This document shows, piece by piece, positions 54,448 through 64,000 of a stretch of DNA of 64,000 bases. The DNA is taken from assembly GCA_963695855.1 (NCBI GenBank), contig CAVOHZ010000003.1, forward strand, positions 420,619-484,618, in the 5' to 3' direction. A program made the translations under genes and the position numbers. The DNA is from an uncultured Nitrososphaerales archaeon. Its GTDB lineage: Archaea; Thermoproteota; Nitrososphaeria; Nitrososphaerales; Nitrososphaeraceae. Positions within the stretch are counted from its first letter, which is position 1; the number at the start of each line of letters is the position of its first letter. The notes beneath the pieces were generated by a model that did no database searches, was not told the origin of the DNA, and was given only the letters and a program-made list of their open reading frames with translations.

Positions 54448-55746
54448 TCAAAATGAAAATTTCTCGTCTACTTTTTCTGATATCATGTCATGTTTTATTA
54501 TCCCGTTTTCAACATATGGAACATGACTTCTAAAAATACTCTTTCCTCGCTCTGGCTTTTCATGAGCTAGCAAATCCACTCGACGATCGATAAGAGCATC
54601 TTCGGCCACAACAGTTGTGCGTGGATCAATATCTTGTCTATTAGCTGTTTTAGACGAAATCTCTTTCAAGGCACTGAGTATACTTTGATAATCAACTGAA
54701 TGCATACCCAATACCCAATTTTCTAATAATTTATGTAATTTATGTTTCCACCAGTCAGCAATGTAACCTTGCATCACATATTGACCATCTGCAATCTTGT
54801 ACCAATATTCCTTCCAATGGTAATCTGTGCCCACACCCAAGACAGCACCATTCCTACTAACAATAATATCGTATCTTTCGGAATCTGGTAATTCCGGGGA
54901 TATGGTAAAGGGGCCACGCTGAACACGCATCCCAGATATTTCTAGGTTTATTTGGTCTTTGAACTGATTGTAGTTTAACCAAAAGAACCATAACCTAATA
55001 ATAAAATTGTTCTCATCCAGCTTGAATAAGTCAGTACAAAAAGTGGCTCCACGCATATCTCCGACAATCAATGCTATATCTTTTCGATCATCGAGTGTAA
55101 CTTGCACACTATCTTTATGATGTCCTGACTTGTTGATATTCAAATGTATTTTAAACTTGGGAATCTCAGAATGATTGTAATATCCATCTGAAACCAGTTT
55201 ATTTGACTCTGGAAACCATCTTGGATAATAAAGGCCAACTAATGTACCTTCATAAACTATTGTTTTTTTATCAATGGGTTCTTGGTGAACTATTTTTGAA
55301 CCGGTCTGAAGAGGATGGAGTTTAATTACAATATCTGGTTGTGGAGTATCTTTATTTAGTGCAAAAAGGTCCATTTTGATTCTAACTTTAAGGGTAAGGT
55401 CGTAAGAAGCCTGAAATTCACTTTTATGATCAATGAAAATATAGGCATACCGTGTTTGACCAACATCAAGGGAAAGTACACATCCTTCCTCATCTCCACC
55501 CCCCCAACTAAGAAGTATTCCAGATTCGTTCCGTGTGTCACTATCAACAAAACCACAACAATACTCATTATCCTTACGTGAATTTTTCGGCGTTATTGTG
55601 ATGGTCATCTTTTTTTGCTCTTCGTTCGTCACCCTTAGTTTTAGTGTTGAGACAGAAAATGGGAGGTAAGCAACGTTATGAGTGCCATCATGTGACTTGT
55701 CTGATGTATTTACTACAGCAATAGTGCACCTAACCACGAAATACAT
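54448..55746 (-). CDS. Hypothetical protein
   Basis: 432-aa ORF, visibly more GC-rich than its flanks; no family recognised. Confidence 0.75.
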   Translation of the reverse strand: MYFVVRCTIAVVNTSDKSHDGTHNVAYLPFSVSTLKLRVTNEEQKKMTITITPKNSRKDNEYCCGFVDSDTRNESGILLSWGGGDEEGCVLSLDVGQTRYAYIFIDHKSEFQASYDLTLKVRIKMDLFALNKDTPQPDIVIKLHPLQTGSKIVHQEPIDKKTIVYEGTLVGLYYPRWFPESNKLVSDGYYNHSEIPKFKIHLNINKSGHHKDSVQVTLDDRKDIALIVGDMRGATFCTDLFKLDENNFIIRLWFFWLNYNQFKDQINLEISGMRVQRGPFTISPELPDSERYDIIVSRNGAVLGVGTDYHWKEYWYKIADGQYVMQGYIADWWKHKLHKLLENWVLGMHSVDYQSILSALKEISSKTANRQDIDPRTTVVAEDALIDRRVDLLAHEKPERGKSIFRSHVPYVENGIIKHDMISEKVDEKFSF

Positions 55747-56040
55747 CTCTTATACATTTATAAAAAATTAACTACCCGCTTTATATGACTCACTTCCTTT
55801 TTTTGGTAGCAGCCGCAACGTGACAAAGGTAATCGTATAGAGACTTAATCATGGGTATTTGAAATAGGACATGTTAGCTCGGCTTTAGGTTCAGGGAAAA
55901 CAAATGTAGAAGATGCTATAAATCATTACAACAACGAAAAATGATATAACAACAAAAATCAAATACTTGAGAGGCATTTTCATTTAATATTGCTAGGATT
56001 TGTTAAAATATTATTGTTACCATTTGTAGTAACTTATAAT

Positions 56041-56129
56041 CGGGTTCGGTGGGATTCGGACCCACGACATTTTAACCCTCGAAAGACTGGTTAAGAGCCA
56101 GACGCTCTACCTGGCTGAGTTACGAACCC
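56041..56129 (-). tRNA. tRNA-Lys(CTT) with a 15-nt non-canonical intron (~56072-56086), no encoded CCA
   Basis: GGGTTCG acceptor pairs with CGAACCC; D arm CTCAGCCAGGTAGAG; anticodon arm TCTGG-CTCTTAA-CCAG|A; T arm GTGGG-TCCGAAT-CCCAC. Confidence 0.92.
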
Positions 56130-56437
56130 TCCTTTATTATCCAATAATCTAACTATTTATACCAAACTAAATTAATGATCAAAAAAAACCAACATATGAT
56201 TAACAATATCGTTGTCCCTAAAAGATATTCTACTCTTTAACGCAAAGGAATACCATTCAGAAGCTTCGGACGGTGGAAGATTCCGATATAATCGGTTCCT
56301 CAATTCGAACAATGTCGTATGATCTAAATCTCGTTTGGAATATTTTCTCATTTCTCTGCCATAATATGGTTGTTGGGGTTGATCGAATGGATACCGTTGT
56401 TGGGGTTGATCGAATGGATACGAATCTGAAATTGAAC

Positions 56438-56734
56438 CTAATGGCTTTGAATAAACATGATTAGAATTTCCGTGTAATCGCGAATGCGATGTTGAATAAA
56501 ATTTCCCAAATTGCTTTTTTTGCCATATTTTCCATCCAAAAAGGAATCGGTCCTAGTATTATAAAATTTGTTATTTCTATTTAAACTCAAATTTTTACTT
56601 GTTTTTTCTATTTGATTAAAAAAATCATTCGGAAATGTTTTTGGTATGGAGTGAACATCCTTGAGATGTCGTTGAAGATTCCATCGTCTTGAAAATATTT
56701 TTTTACATATTTTACATTGATATTTTTCTGGCAT
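56438..56734 (-). CDS. C2H2 zinc-finger protein
   Basis: YQCKICKKIFSRRWNLQRHLKDVH. Confidence 0.75.
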   Translation of the reverse strand: MPEKYQCKICKKIFSRRWNLQRHLKDVHSIPKTFPNDFFNQIEKTSKNLSLNRNNKFYNTRTDSFLDGKYGKKSNLGNFIQHRIRDYTEILIMFIQSH

Positions 56735-57005
56735 TTCTGAACATAAAGAAAATTTATTTATAAAGATAACATATGATTTTGTTATATCGATGTTTATTAA
56801 TTATGTTAAATTTGAGAATTTTTAATCATGGATTAACTCCGAGTAACTCGAAATCATCTGAGAGCAAATTGAAATCATTTGACCGTAAATATGAATTGTT
56901 GCTTTAAAATAAATATCAAATTCAAAAATAAATGGGAAAAAAGATAAAATTTAACAAACTCAAAGGAGAAATATATGAAATTCTTGACTCCAGAGTACGT
57001 ATATC

Positions 57006-57611
57006 TTATACTGTGTGTTCGGTAACCGTAGTTTGCTCTTTATTATTTTCAAACAATTTTACTATCGTTTCAGAAACAGAACAATTCAATCTTTCTTTTT
57101 CTTTTAGAATTATTCTATAGGCATCCAAGGTTATATACACTGGAATTGAACCTGTACCTTCCAACAAAGCTTTCACATTATACAATCCATTCTCAATTCC
57201 CCTCTCTGCAATTTTCTTCAGCTTTACCTTGTCAAGAAATCCTCCTAAGGGACCCATTGGCATATCATAGTCAACTTTAATCATTGTTTTCGTTGTCTTT
57301 TCGCCAATTTCTTCAAAATCGACCTCTATTTTCCATTTTTTGAATGGACCTTCGATCATTTTTGCAACAATCTTTCTATGGGGAATATAGTCAATGGTTT
57401 CACAATCCCATTCTAATCTTTTACCATCGAAATCGCCACTTATTCTAAAAATTGTCCCTATACCAAAACCATTTTTTACTTCAATTGGAATAACATTGAG
57501 TCCCATGTTTTCTGGAAATTGATCAGCCATATGTTCAGGACGAGCAAAATACGTAAAAACTTCGCTAACTGGAGAGTTAATTGTCATCGACTTGTTTATA
57601 GTTGTAGTCAT
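57006..57611 (-). CDS. SRPBCC/START-family protein with RHH-like C-terminal extension
   Basis: S.TINSPVSEVF.Y, EGPFKKW and DYDMPMGPLG; tail IPVYITLDAY..I......SVSETI.KL. Confidence 0.85.
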   Translation of the reverse strand: MTTTINKSMTINSPVSEVFTYFARPEHMADQFPENMGLNVIPIEVKNGFGIGTIFRISGDFDGKRLEWDCETIDYIPHRKIVAKMIEGPFKKWKIEVDFEEIGEKTTKTMIKVDYDMPMGPLGGFLDKVKLKKIAERGIENGLYNVKALLEGTGSIPVYITLDAYRIILKEKERLNCSVSETIVKLFENNKEQTTVTEHTV

Positions 57612-57761
57612 AACCCTATCTGCACTTCATATTCAATATTATGAATTTAAAGGTTTCTTACTGGTATCATTATATTAAAACAGATTTACGATTTACTTTT
57701 TTTATTGTAACCTTTACACTGTTAATAACCATATCCTGTATAAGCAAATGATAGTAAAAAA

Positions 57762-58712
57762 TTATGCTAGTGGATTTTTATTCAGAATCTCGTCTAGACA
57801 CTTGATAATATCTTCTTTTGTAACTTCGATTGGATTGTTATCAAGATGACCTCTGTCTGGCATGATCACATCTGCTGCTTCATCAAGTGGCTGTTTTAAA
57901 GTAAGAGGTTCGAATTTTAGCTTTTGACATATCTTCTTGAATCTTTCATAGAAAATGGAGTTGTTAAATTTGTGTGCTACTGTAGTACAAGAAGAAAGAG
58001 AATAGCCATGTGGTACACCTTCATTAGAAAATACGTATGAAAGTGCGTGTCCCAAAGTTGTAGAAGAGTTGCCAAAACCAATTCCAGATAGCATAGCTCC
58101 ATATGGAAGAAGGTCAGGTTTGTCATTTATTATTGCATCTTCAAGGATATCAAATGCCTCTTTACAGAAAAATCTTGTAAATGGATTTCCAATTTTGCTA
58201 TCATATCCCTCAGAAGCTTGAGCAGCGGCATCGCAAGCTGAATTTCTCATGATATTAAATGGTGTTCCTGGTAGGAAGTACGGATCAACTATTGCCGTAT
58301 CAGCCAGAAAGGCTTCATCTTGTAAGAGTTTTTTCTTGTGACTAAAGCTTACCACAGCATAGGTAGTCATTTCTGCTCCCGTTCCAAATGTCGTCGGAAT
58401 GAGAATCTTTGGAACACCAGTCAATTTACTAAGATATTTACAGACATCCATAGAGCTCCCACCACCAAGTCCGACGTAAGTAGAGATATTCTTTCCTTCA
58501 AATTCATTCTTTATCTTTTCAATTGTTTCAATGGAAGGATCCGGAGTAACTTTATCATAAATCTCGTAATTTGTAACTCCCATGTACTCTGTCCATTTCT
58601 CATAAACTTCTGGGCTAGTAGTAGTAATAATCAAAGAATTTTTTGGATATTCAAACTCCTTTGCAGCATTTGCCCCAAAAACTATTTTTTTAGGCATCAT
58701 TACTTTCCACAT
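57762..58712 (-). CDS. Iron-containing alcohol dehydrogenase, probably malonic semialdehyde reductase of the thaumarchaeal 3HP/4HB cycle
   Basis: GLGGGSSMDV.K, IPTTFGTGAEMT, GHALSY and PHG; resembles, from memory, the Nitrosopumilus enzyme. Confidence 0.85.
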   Translation of the reverse strand: MWKVMMPKKIVFGANAAKEFEYPKNSLIITTTSPEVYEKWTEYMGVTNYEIYDKVTPDPSIETIEKIKNEFEGKNISTYVGLGGGSSMDVCKYLSKLTGVPKILIPTTFGTGAEMTTYAVVSFSHKKKLLQDEAFLADTAIVDPYFLPGTPFNIMRNSACDAAAQASEGYDSKIGNPFTRFFCKEAFDILEDAIINDKPDLLPYGAMLSGIGFGNSSTTLGHALSYVFSNEGVPHGYSLSSCTTVAHKFNNSIFYERFKKICQKLKFEPLTLKQPLDEAADVIMPDRGHLDNNPIEVTKEDIIKCLDEILNKNPLA

Positions 58713-59222
58713 AATACACTGAAAGAATCTTCCAATTATTTTAAGTTTACAGATAATAGAATAGTCAAAATTGTGAATTCTTTAATTAATCCATTTCAAA
58801 TAATTAATTCTATTAGCTGAATTTACAAAATCAAACGTTTATTTTTGCTTTTATGTATTTCATCAAGGGTTGGAAAAATTGCTTAAATAAACCTAATATG
58901 TTACCTATTATCACTTAAAATCTACTTCTTAAAAATAAGCAGATAGAAAGAAATTAACACAATAGTAGATTGACAATCGATAAAAGTAAAGTCGATAGAG
59001 TATAAATCGAGTAATCTAAAATAAGAATTTAAAATAATAAAATAATAGATTATTGAAAATATTTCGATTTACACAGAACTATCTTCGTTTTTTCCTTACT
59101 ACGTCCCAAATCCAATTAATTATTTACTAAATACAATTAGTCACGATCTTTAACAAAGTTAATCAATTAATTTACATAAACAAACAACGATATTATTAAA
59201 TCAAAAAAAGATTTCTTTTGAC

Positions 59223-59777
59223 ATGTGGAATTTCTTTAGGAAAACACCAGATCATAAAAAAGTATACGATAAAAATGATAAAGAAGATCCTCCGCTAGAC
59301 TCAAAAAAGAGTGATATTTTTTCCATCAGTGATTTTCCTGAAAGAATGTCTAAAATAAATCAGGCTTATCCACTATTAAAAGAAAAAGAAAATAAGACGC
59401 TAATGAAGATTTTAGATCTAATTAAAAAAGGCAGACATAAAGAAGCAAGACAGCTATTTGAAGAATTGAATAGAATCAGAAGGGATATTGGAATTCTAGA
59501 TACATCAAAAAAGGTCATCGAACAGACATCTATTAGGATTTCGTTAATTCATGATATTGGTGATGCATTACATACTTTGGAACCTACAACAAATGTTGAA
59601 ACATGTCAACAAACAAATTGTAAATTAATGGATGGGATTGAGCATTTTGAAATGAAAACATTTACTAAAAGCATGTTGGAAGATATCCTAAAAAAAGACT
59701 ACAAGGATATAGATATCGAATCTATAGAAGAGATAGACAGAGTTTTCAATAAAATAATGCAAGAAAAAGACAGTTGA
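59223..59777 (+). CDS. Divergent ESCRT-III/Snf7 (CdvB-like) protein
   Basis: AR.L.EEL..IR......SK..IEQ..IRI..IHDIGD...TL.P pattern; helical. Confidence 0.65.
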   Translation: MWNFFRKTPDHKKVYDKNDKEDPPLDSKKSDIFSISDFPERMSKINQAYPLLKEKENKTLMKILDLIKKGRHKEARQLFEELNRIRRDIGILDTSKKVIEQTSIRISLIHDIGDALHTLEPTTNVETCQQTNCKLMDGIEHFEMKTFTKSMLEDILKKDYKDIDIESIEEIDRVFNKIMQEKDS

Positions 59778-59950
59778 AAATATATAATCTAAAAATCTAA
59801 TTACTAAAGATACAACTGAATTATAAAAAAATTCAGATCCATAAAAGCCGATCGGCTACAGAAGCCGATCATAAACTAATATTCAGACTAATCTAACAAG
59901 ATATATTAAAAAGATATGATTATATGTTTTTAGTTTTTTGACTATCCATA

Positions 59951-60508
59951 ATGAGAACATTCATTGCTGTAGACTGTGAAATAAAAGATAGGTTTAGAGA
60001 GATACAGCAAGAGGTTTTAGATCAAGTTATTGCGAATAAAAACTATCTAAAACCGGTTGATGTAAATAATTTGCATTTTACATTATTTTTTTTAGGAGAG
60101 ATAAATGACTCTCAAGTAGAAGCCGTTAAAAAAGAAATTTCGCAAATAAAATTTGAGAAAACGATATTAGTGTATAGCGGCATAGGAGTATTCCCTTCTA
60201 TAATGTTTCCAAAGATAATGTGGATAGGGATAGATGAAGAGGGGACCAAAGATCTAGTAAAGATATTTAATATGATTAACGAAAAAATGAAGCAAATTGG
60301 CTTTAAAACGGACAATAAATTTGTACCGCATCTAACTATCTTTAGGGTGAAAACAAAGATCCAAAACATAAAAGAGATATGTAAAAAATATGAGGGCATG
60401 AAATTTGGACAGGATACAATTGATAAGATTTATCTAAAGAAAAGTGATATCAGACCAACTGGGCCGATTTACTCCAACCTATTAACAGTTTATGCCATCA
60501 ATAGATAA
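59951..60508 (+). CDS. thpR: RNA 2',3'-cyclic phosphodiesterase (2H family)
   Basis: MRTFIAV, HFTLFFLGE and PHLTIFR. Confidence 0.93.
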   Translation: MRTFIAVDCEIKDRFREIQQEVLDQVIANKNYLKPVDVNNLHFTLFFLGEINDSQVEAVKKEISQIKFEKTILVYSGIGVFPSIMFPKIMWIGIDEEGTKDLVKIFNMINEKMKQIGFKTDNKFVPHLTIFRVKTKIQNIKEICKKYEGMKFGQDTIDKIYLKKSDIRPTGPIYSNLLTVYAINR

Positions 60509-60525
60509 ATACAAAGTGAAAAAAG

Positions 60526-62017
60526 ATGATAACAAAAAATAAAACAAATTCAAAAATCAAAAATCAAGTGACGGCTACCACAAGTAATAATAGCATCAAA
60601 AATCACATTGCACTGGATCTTGATAGAGTTATTCAAAAAGCGTTGAAAGCATGCCAACCCAATAAACTGGAATTAAAAACACTACGTTCCGTTGAAAAAG
60701 AGATAATAAATGAAATCAAGAATAACTTGGTGCCAGAAGTGGTAGCTATAAAGTCTGGTGGTTCATTTGCAAAAGGAACAAACCTAAAAAATGACACAGA
60801 TATTGATATTTTCATTTTAATAGACAAAAAAGTTAGCGAAAGTCATTTTGAGGGAATTGCCATGGACATTGGTTTCAAATCACTATCCAAGTACACACCA
60901 AGAACAAGATTTTCAGAACATCCTTATGTCGAGGGTTTTGTATGGAAAAACAAAAAAGAGTGTCAAGTCAGAATCAACATAGTACCTTGCTATGCCGTAG
61001 AAAAAGGTAATTGGAAAAGTGCTGCAGATAAGATCCCAATATCACACAGAATATATGACCAAGAATTTATCAAAGGATCATAAGGATCAAGTACGAATTT
61101 TAAAAAAATTTTTAAAAACTATTGGAATCTATGGAGCAGAAATGCTTACCTCTGGATTTAGTGGATATGTTTCTGAAGTATTGGTTTTAAAATATAATAC
61201 ATTTAAAGATGTGCTAGTAAATATTTCAAATTTGGAAAAAAAAGAAACCGTGATTTCTACATATGAAAATAAAGAAATTGACGAAACCAAATTTCATAGT
61301 CCCATAATCATTATCGACCCAATTGATGAAAATAGAAATCTAGGTGCTGCTATCTCAGCTGAAAGTTTATCAAAATTCATAATGGCTTCCAGAACTTTTT
61401 TGAAACATCCTTCGATGTACTTTTTTAACTTTCAACAATCATTTAACAAAGTAACCAAAGTAGTTGCGGATCAGAGAAAAAGTGATATACTTTCAAATTT
61501 GGTCGTTATGAAATTTCATTACAGTACTAGAAGCCCAGATGTAATATCCGGACAATTAAAGAAACTGACAAAAGCCATTGTCAATCAAACAAATAGTATT
61601 GACTTCAATATATTAAAAAGTCAATGCTACATAAAAGATGAGTGCAATCTTGCACTAATCATATTATTATTAGAATTTAAAAAGTTACCTTTCTATATGG
61701 TTAATAAAGGACCAGACGTTTTTATGAAAGACGAAGTTAGCAATTTTATCAAAAAAAACAAGAACAATTCAATATTCACTTGGATAAATGAGGAAATGAA
61801 AATTTCTTGTCTGAAGGAACGAAAGAATGATGACATAATAGAATTCTTAAAGGAAGCAATAACCAGTAACACAGAGATAGGAATTCCAAAAGGATTGAGA
61901 TCTGACCTCAAGAAAGGAGTTGGATTATTTTTCCTAAATAGTAAAAAAATAAGAAAGGATCCTATATATCAGGATGTATTATATGACTTTATATATCAAG
62001 AATTCGATGATCTTTGA
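60526..62017 (+). CDS. cca: Archaeal CCA-adding enzyme, split by a +1 frameshift near 61030
   Basis: GGSFAKGTNL..DTDIDIF, EHPYV, IVPCY, SAAD/RSQYHT, GIYGAE....GFSGY.SEVL, DPID..RNL.AA. Confidence 0.9.
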
Positions 62018-62775
62018 AGATTGATATAAATTCTCCAATAGTACAGCATTTAATTTCGTATCCAAAATTTGATCATTTTGTATATCAAGAAAGGGTTAAA
62101 GAATTAATTGATCTGGGGATAGAAGAAATTATCATTTCTGGTCCTACAAAAATACATAATTTAGATATTCTTGGAAAAGGTCACTCTGGCATAGTTGTCA
62201 AAGTAAACACGAACAGGGGGAAGAATCTTGCCTTAAAAATCAGAAGATCTGATTCTCCTAGAAAGAATTCACATGAAGAAGCAAAAATGATGATAATTGC
62301 AAATATACTAGATATTGGTCCAAAACTCATAAATCAGAAAAAAGATTTTATTCTAATGGAACTAATAGATGGAAAAAAAATTTCTCTATGGATTGATGAA
62401 CAGGGTAATTGCAATAATCTAATTTCCAAACAGGCTGTAAAAAAGGTAATAAATGAAATCTTGGAACAATGTTATCACTTAGATGGAATCTATCTTGACC
62501 ATGGTGAATTAACAAGAATAGATAACCATATAATTATCTCATATGAAAAAAAAGTTGTTATAATAGATTTTGAGAGCTCTTCAATCAATAGAAAAACTAC
62601 AAATGTTACATCGATAACACATTCTCTAATTTTAGGTGGATTACTTGCAAAAAAAATAAAAAAGATATTGGATTTTAACAAGGAAGACTTGATGGTTGAG
62701 AATCTAAGAGAGTATAAGAAGGAGAAAAACAGGAAAAACTTGGAGAAAATAATCTCGTTGATAACAGAATCTTAA
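62014..62775 (+). CDS. Archaeal RIO-like Ser/Thr protein kinase
   Basis: LGKGHSGIV, ALKIRR.DS, DHGEL and IIDFES. Confidence 0.88.
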   Translation: MKIDINSPIVQHLISYPKFDHFVYQERVKELIDLGIEEIIISGPTKIHNLDILGKGHSGIVVKVNTNRGKNLALKIRRSDSPRKNSHEEAKMMIIANILDIGPKLINQKKDFILMELIDGKKISLWIDEQGNCNNLISKQAVKKVINEILEQCYHLDGIYLDHGELTRIDNHIIISYEKKVVIIDFESSSINRKTTNVTSITHSLILGGLLAKKIKKILDFNKEDLMVENLREYKKEKNRKNLEKIISLITES

Positions 62776-62871
62776 ATATTTCTAATACCTTTACAAAGAA
62801 TTATGAATTTTTAGTCTTATAACCAATACAATGAAGACGAAATTTACTTATTACAGGAAATATTTAATCTA

Positions 62872-63189
62872 TTGAAAATGAACGAAAAGAATAGCAGCAG
62901 TTCAACAGAAACGTCTAGTCCAATCCCCTTTCCGACCCTAACTATTTTGTATTTACCTGAAAGTGCTTCAGATGTAATAGAAGAGGTTAGTCAAAAATAC
63001 TGCAATATTACCGCAGAAGATTGCTCCGGCTATTTTCACGATGGCATAAAAAAAAGTTACAAAAAGATAACGATATGGAGTCAAGGTATAGATAGCTTGT
63101 GGTTCAATGCAATAATAGCTAGGATCAAAGAACTTGCCAAAGTTGAACAAGTGCCAATTGTATCTGGTGGAATAATGTATTCTGTTTAA
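62872..63189 (+). CDS. Hypothetical protein
   Basis: 105-aa ORF co-oriented with the core cluster. Confidence 0.7.
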   Translation: MKMNEKNSSSSTETSSPIPFPTLTILYLPESASDVIEEVSQKYCNITAEDCSGYFHDGIKKSYKKITIWSQGIDSLWFNAIIARIKELAKVEQVPIVSGGIMYSV

Positions 63190-63296
63190 AATACTCAACA
63201 ATATTATTTTGAGTCAATATTTTGACTTGAATTGTAAAAATATAAAAAAATAACAATTAATAATATTATATTTATTTTTTACTTTGTAATAAAAAT

Positions 63297-63626
63297 TTGG
63301 AAAATTCTGAGGCAACAAGTAAGTATATGATAAAACAATTGGTGGACAATGGATCCAATGTTACATTATCTTTGAGTGAAGATATAGAATTAGAACCTAT
63401 TTCACAGCAACAGATGATATTGGAGGCTGTGGATAGAACAGTAACAGACGACGAGGTCAAACAACAGATAAAACCCTTACTAGAAGCTATATTAAAATCA
63501 CAACCACAGACAGTCATCAAAACATATCCTAAAACCGTTATACAGATAACAATGCCAAAAAGAAAATATCAAATTATGGGAAATCCGCAGGTAGGAGAGA
63601 TTTTACAAGTCGACATCAAAAGGTAG
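63297..63626 (+). CDS. Conserved hypothetical protein, possibly arcadin-1-like
   Basis: C-terminal IQITMP..KY..MG.PQVGE.L.V.I pattern. Confidence 0.55.
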   Translation: MENSEATSKYMIKQLVDNGSNVTLSLSEDIELEPISQQQMILEAVDRTVTDDEVKQQIKPLLEAILKSQPQTVIKTYPKTVIQITMPKRKYQIMGNPQVGEILQVDIKR

Positions 63627-63819
63627 TATAAAAATAATAATAAATATAAAAAAATAGGATATTCTCTGTATCCATTTATATTTTCAATTAAATAATTAAT
63701 AACGGAAAGATAATGTAAAAATAGAGTCTTGATAATAAAGATTATACTAAAACAAGATACATTTCGTATCTGTTAATAAAAAAAATCATATTAGAATTAC
63801 ATTTATCTAATCCTAAACA

Positions 63820-64000
63820 AACGGTGGAAGAAAAAAAATACAATATTGCAATCATTCGGTGGAGGAAATATAGGGGTTTCTATTGGATATTTTTTGGCAT
63901 TAAATCGTGAAGCTAATGGAATAATCATTGAAGCAGGAAAGAGATGCTGGGATACCACACGAGTTCTATAAACACTGGAAAAGTCATTCACCTTTCTTAT
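63820..64000 (+). pseudogene. FAD-dependent oxidoreductase N-terminus, frameshifted, running off the window
   Basis: KYNIAII / GGGNIGVSIGYFLA....IIIE / GYHTSSINTGKV in successive frames. Confidence 0.65.

Noticed and set aside
56369-56422. Two-copy tandem repeat GTTGTTGGGGTTGATCGAATGGATAC; similar short duplications at ~1875-1915, ~4015-4048 and ~45027-45068
   Set aside because: Two-copy local duplications with no supporting structure.
63803-63991. Minus-strand 62-aa ORF
   Set aside because: The plus strand carries recognisable FAD-oxidoreductase motifs, so this is an antisense shadow.

Overview
AT-rich archaeal DNA, most consistent with a soil ammonia-oxidising archaeon (Nitrososphaeraceae, Nitrosocosmicus-like). 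This rests on the archaeal class I CCA enzyme, an ESCRT-III/CdvB-like gene, a malonic-semialdehyde-reductase-like Fe-ADH and a BHB-intron tRNA. Positions ~56.0-64 kb look like core genome. Positions 1-56 kb lie downstream of the 3' end of tRNA-Lys(CTT) and form a gene-sparse plasticity zone with IS630 and IS5 elements, many pseudogenes (PolB, HsdM, PhaC, GH1, nitroreductase) and several scattered tRNA 3'-end fragments that resemble att scars. The standout locus is 31.4-39.6 kb. It encodes two paralogous secreted proteins built as signal/anchor + acidic Thr-rich repeat stalk + near-identical peptidoglycan-binding domain + two different M15-family Zn-peptidase tips, in a lineage that makes no peptidoglycan. 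Each gene is followed by a decayed copy of the same third C-terminal domain. The locus is bracketed by an apparently perfect 747-bp inverted repeat that also creates a truncated, enzyme-less copy. It is a candidate modular or polymorphic anti-bacterial cell-wall hydrolase system. All family calls are from motif recognition by eye; no searches were run.
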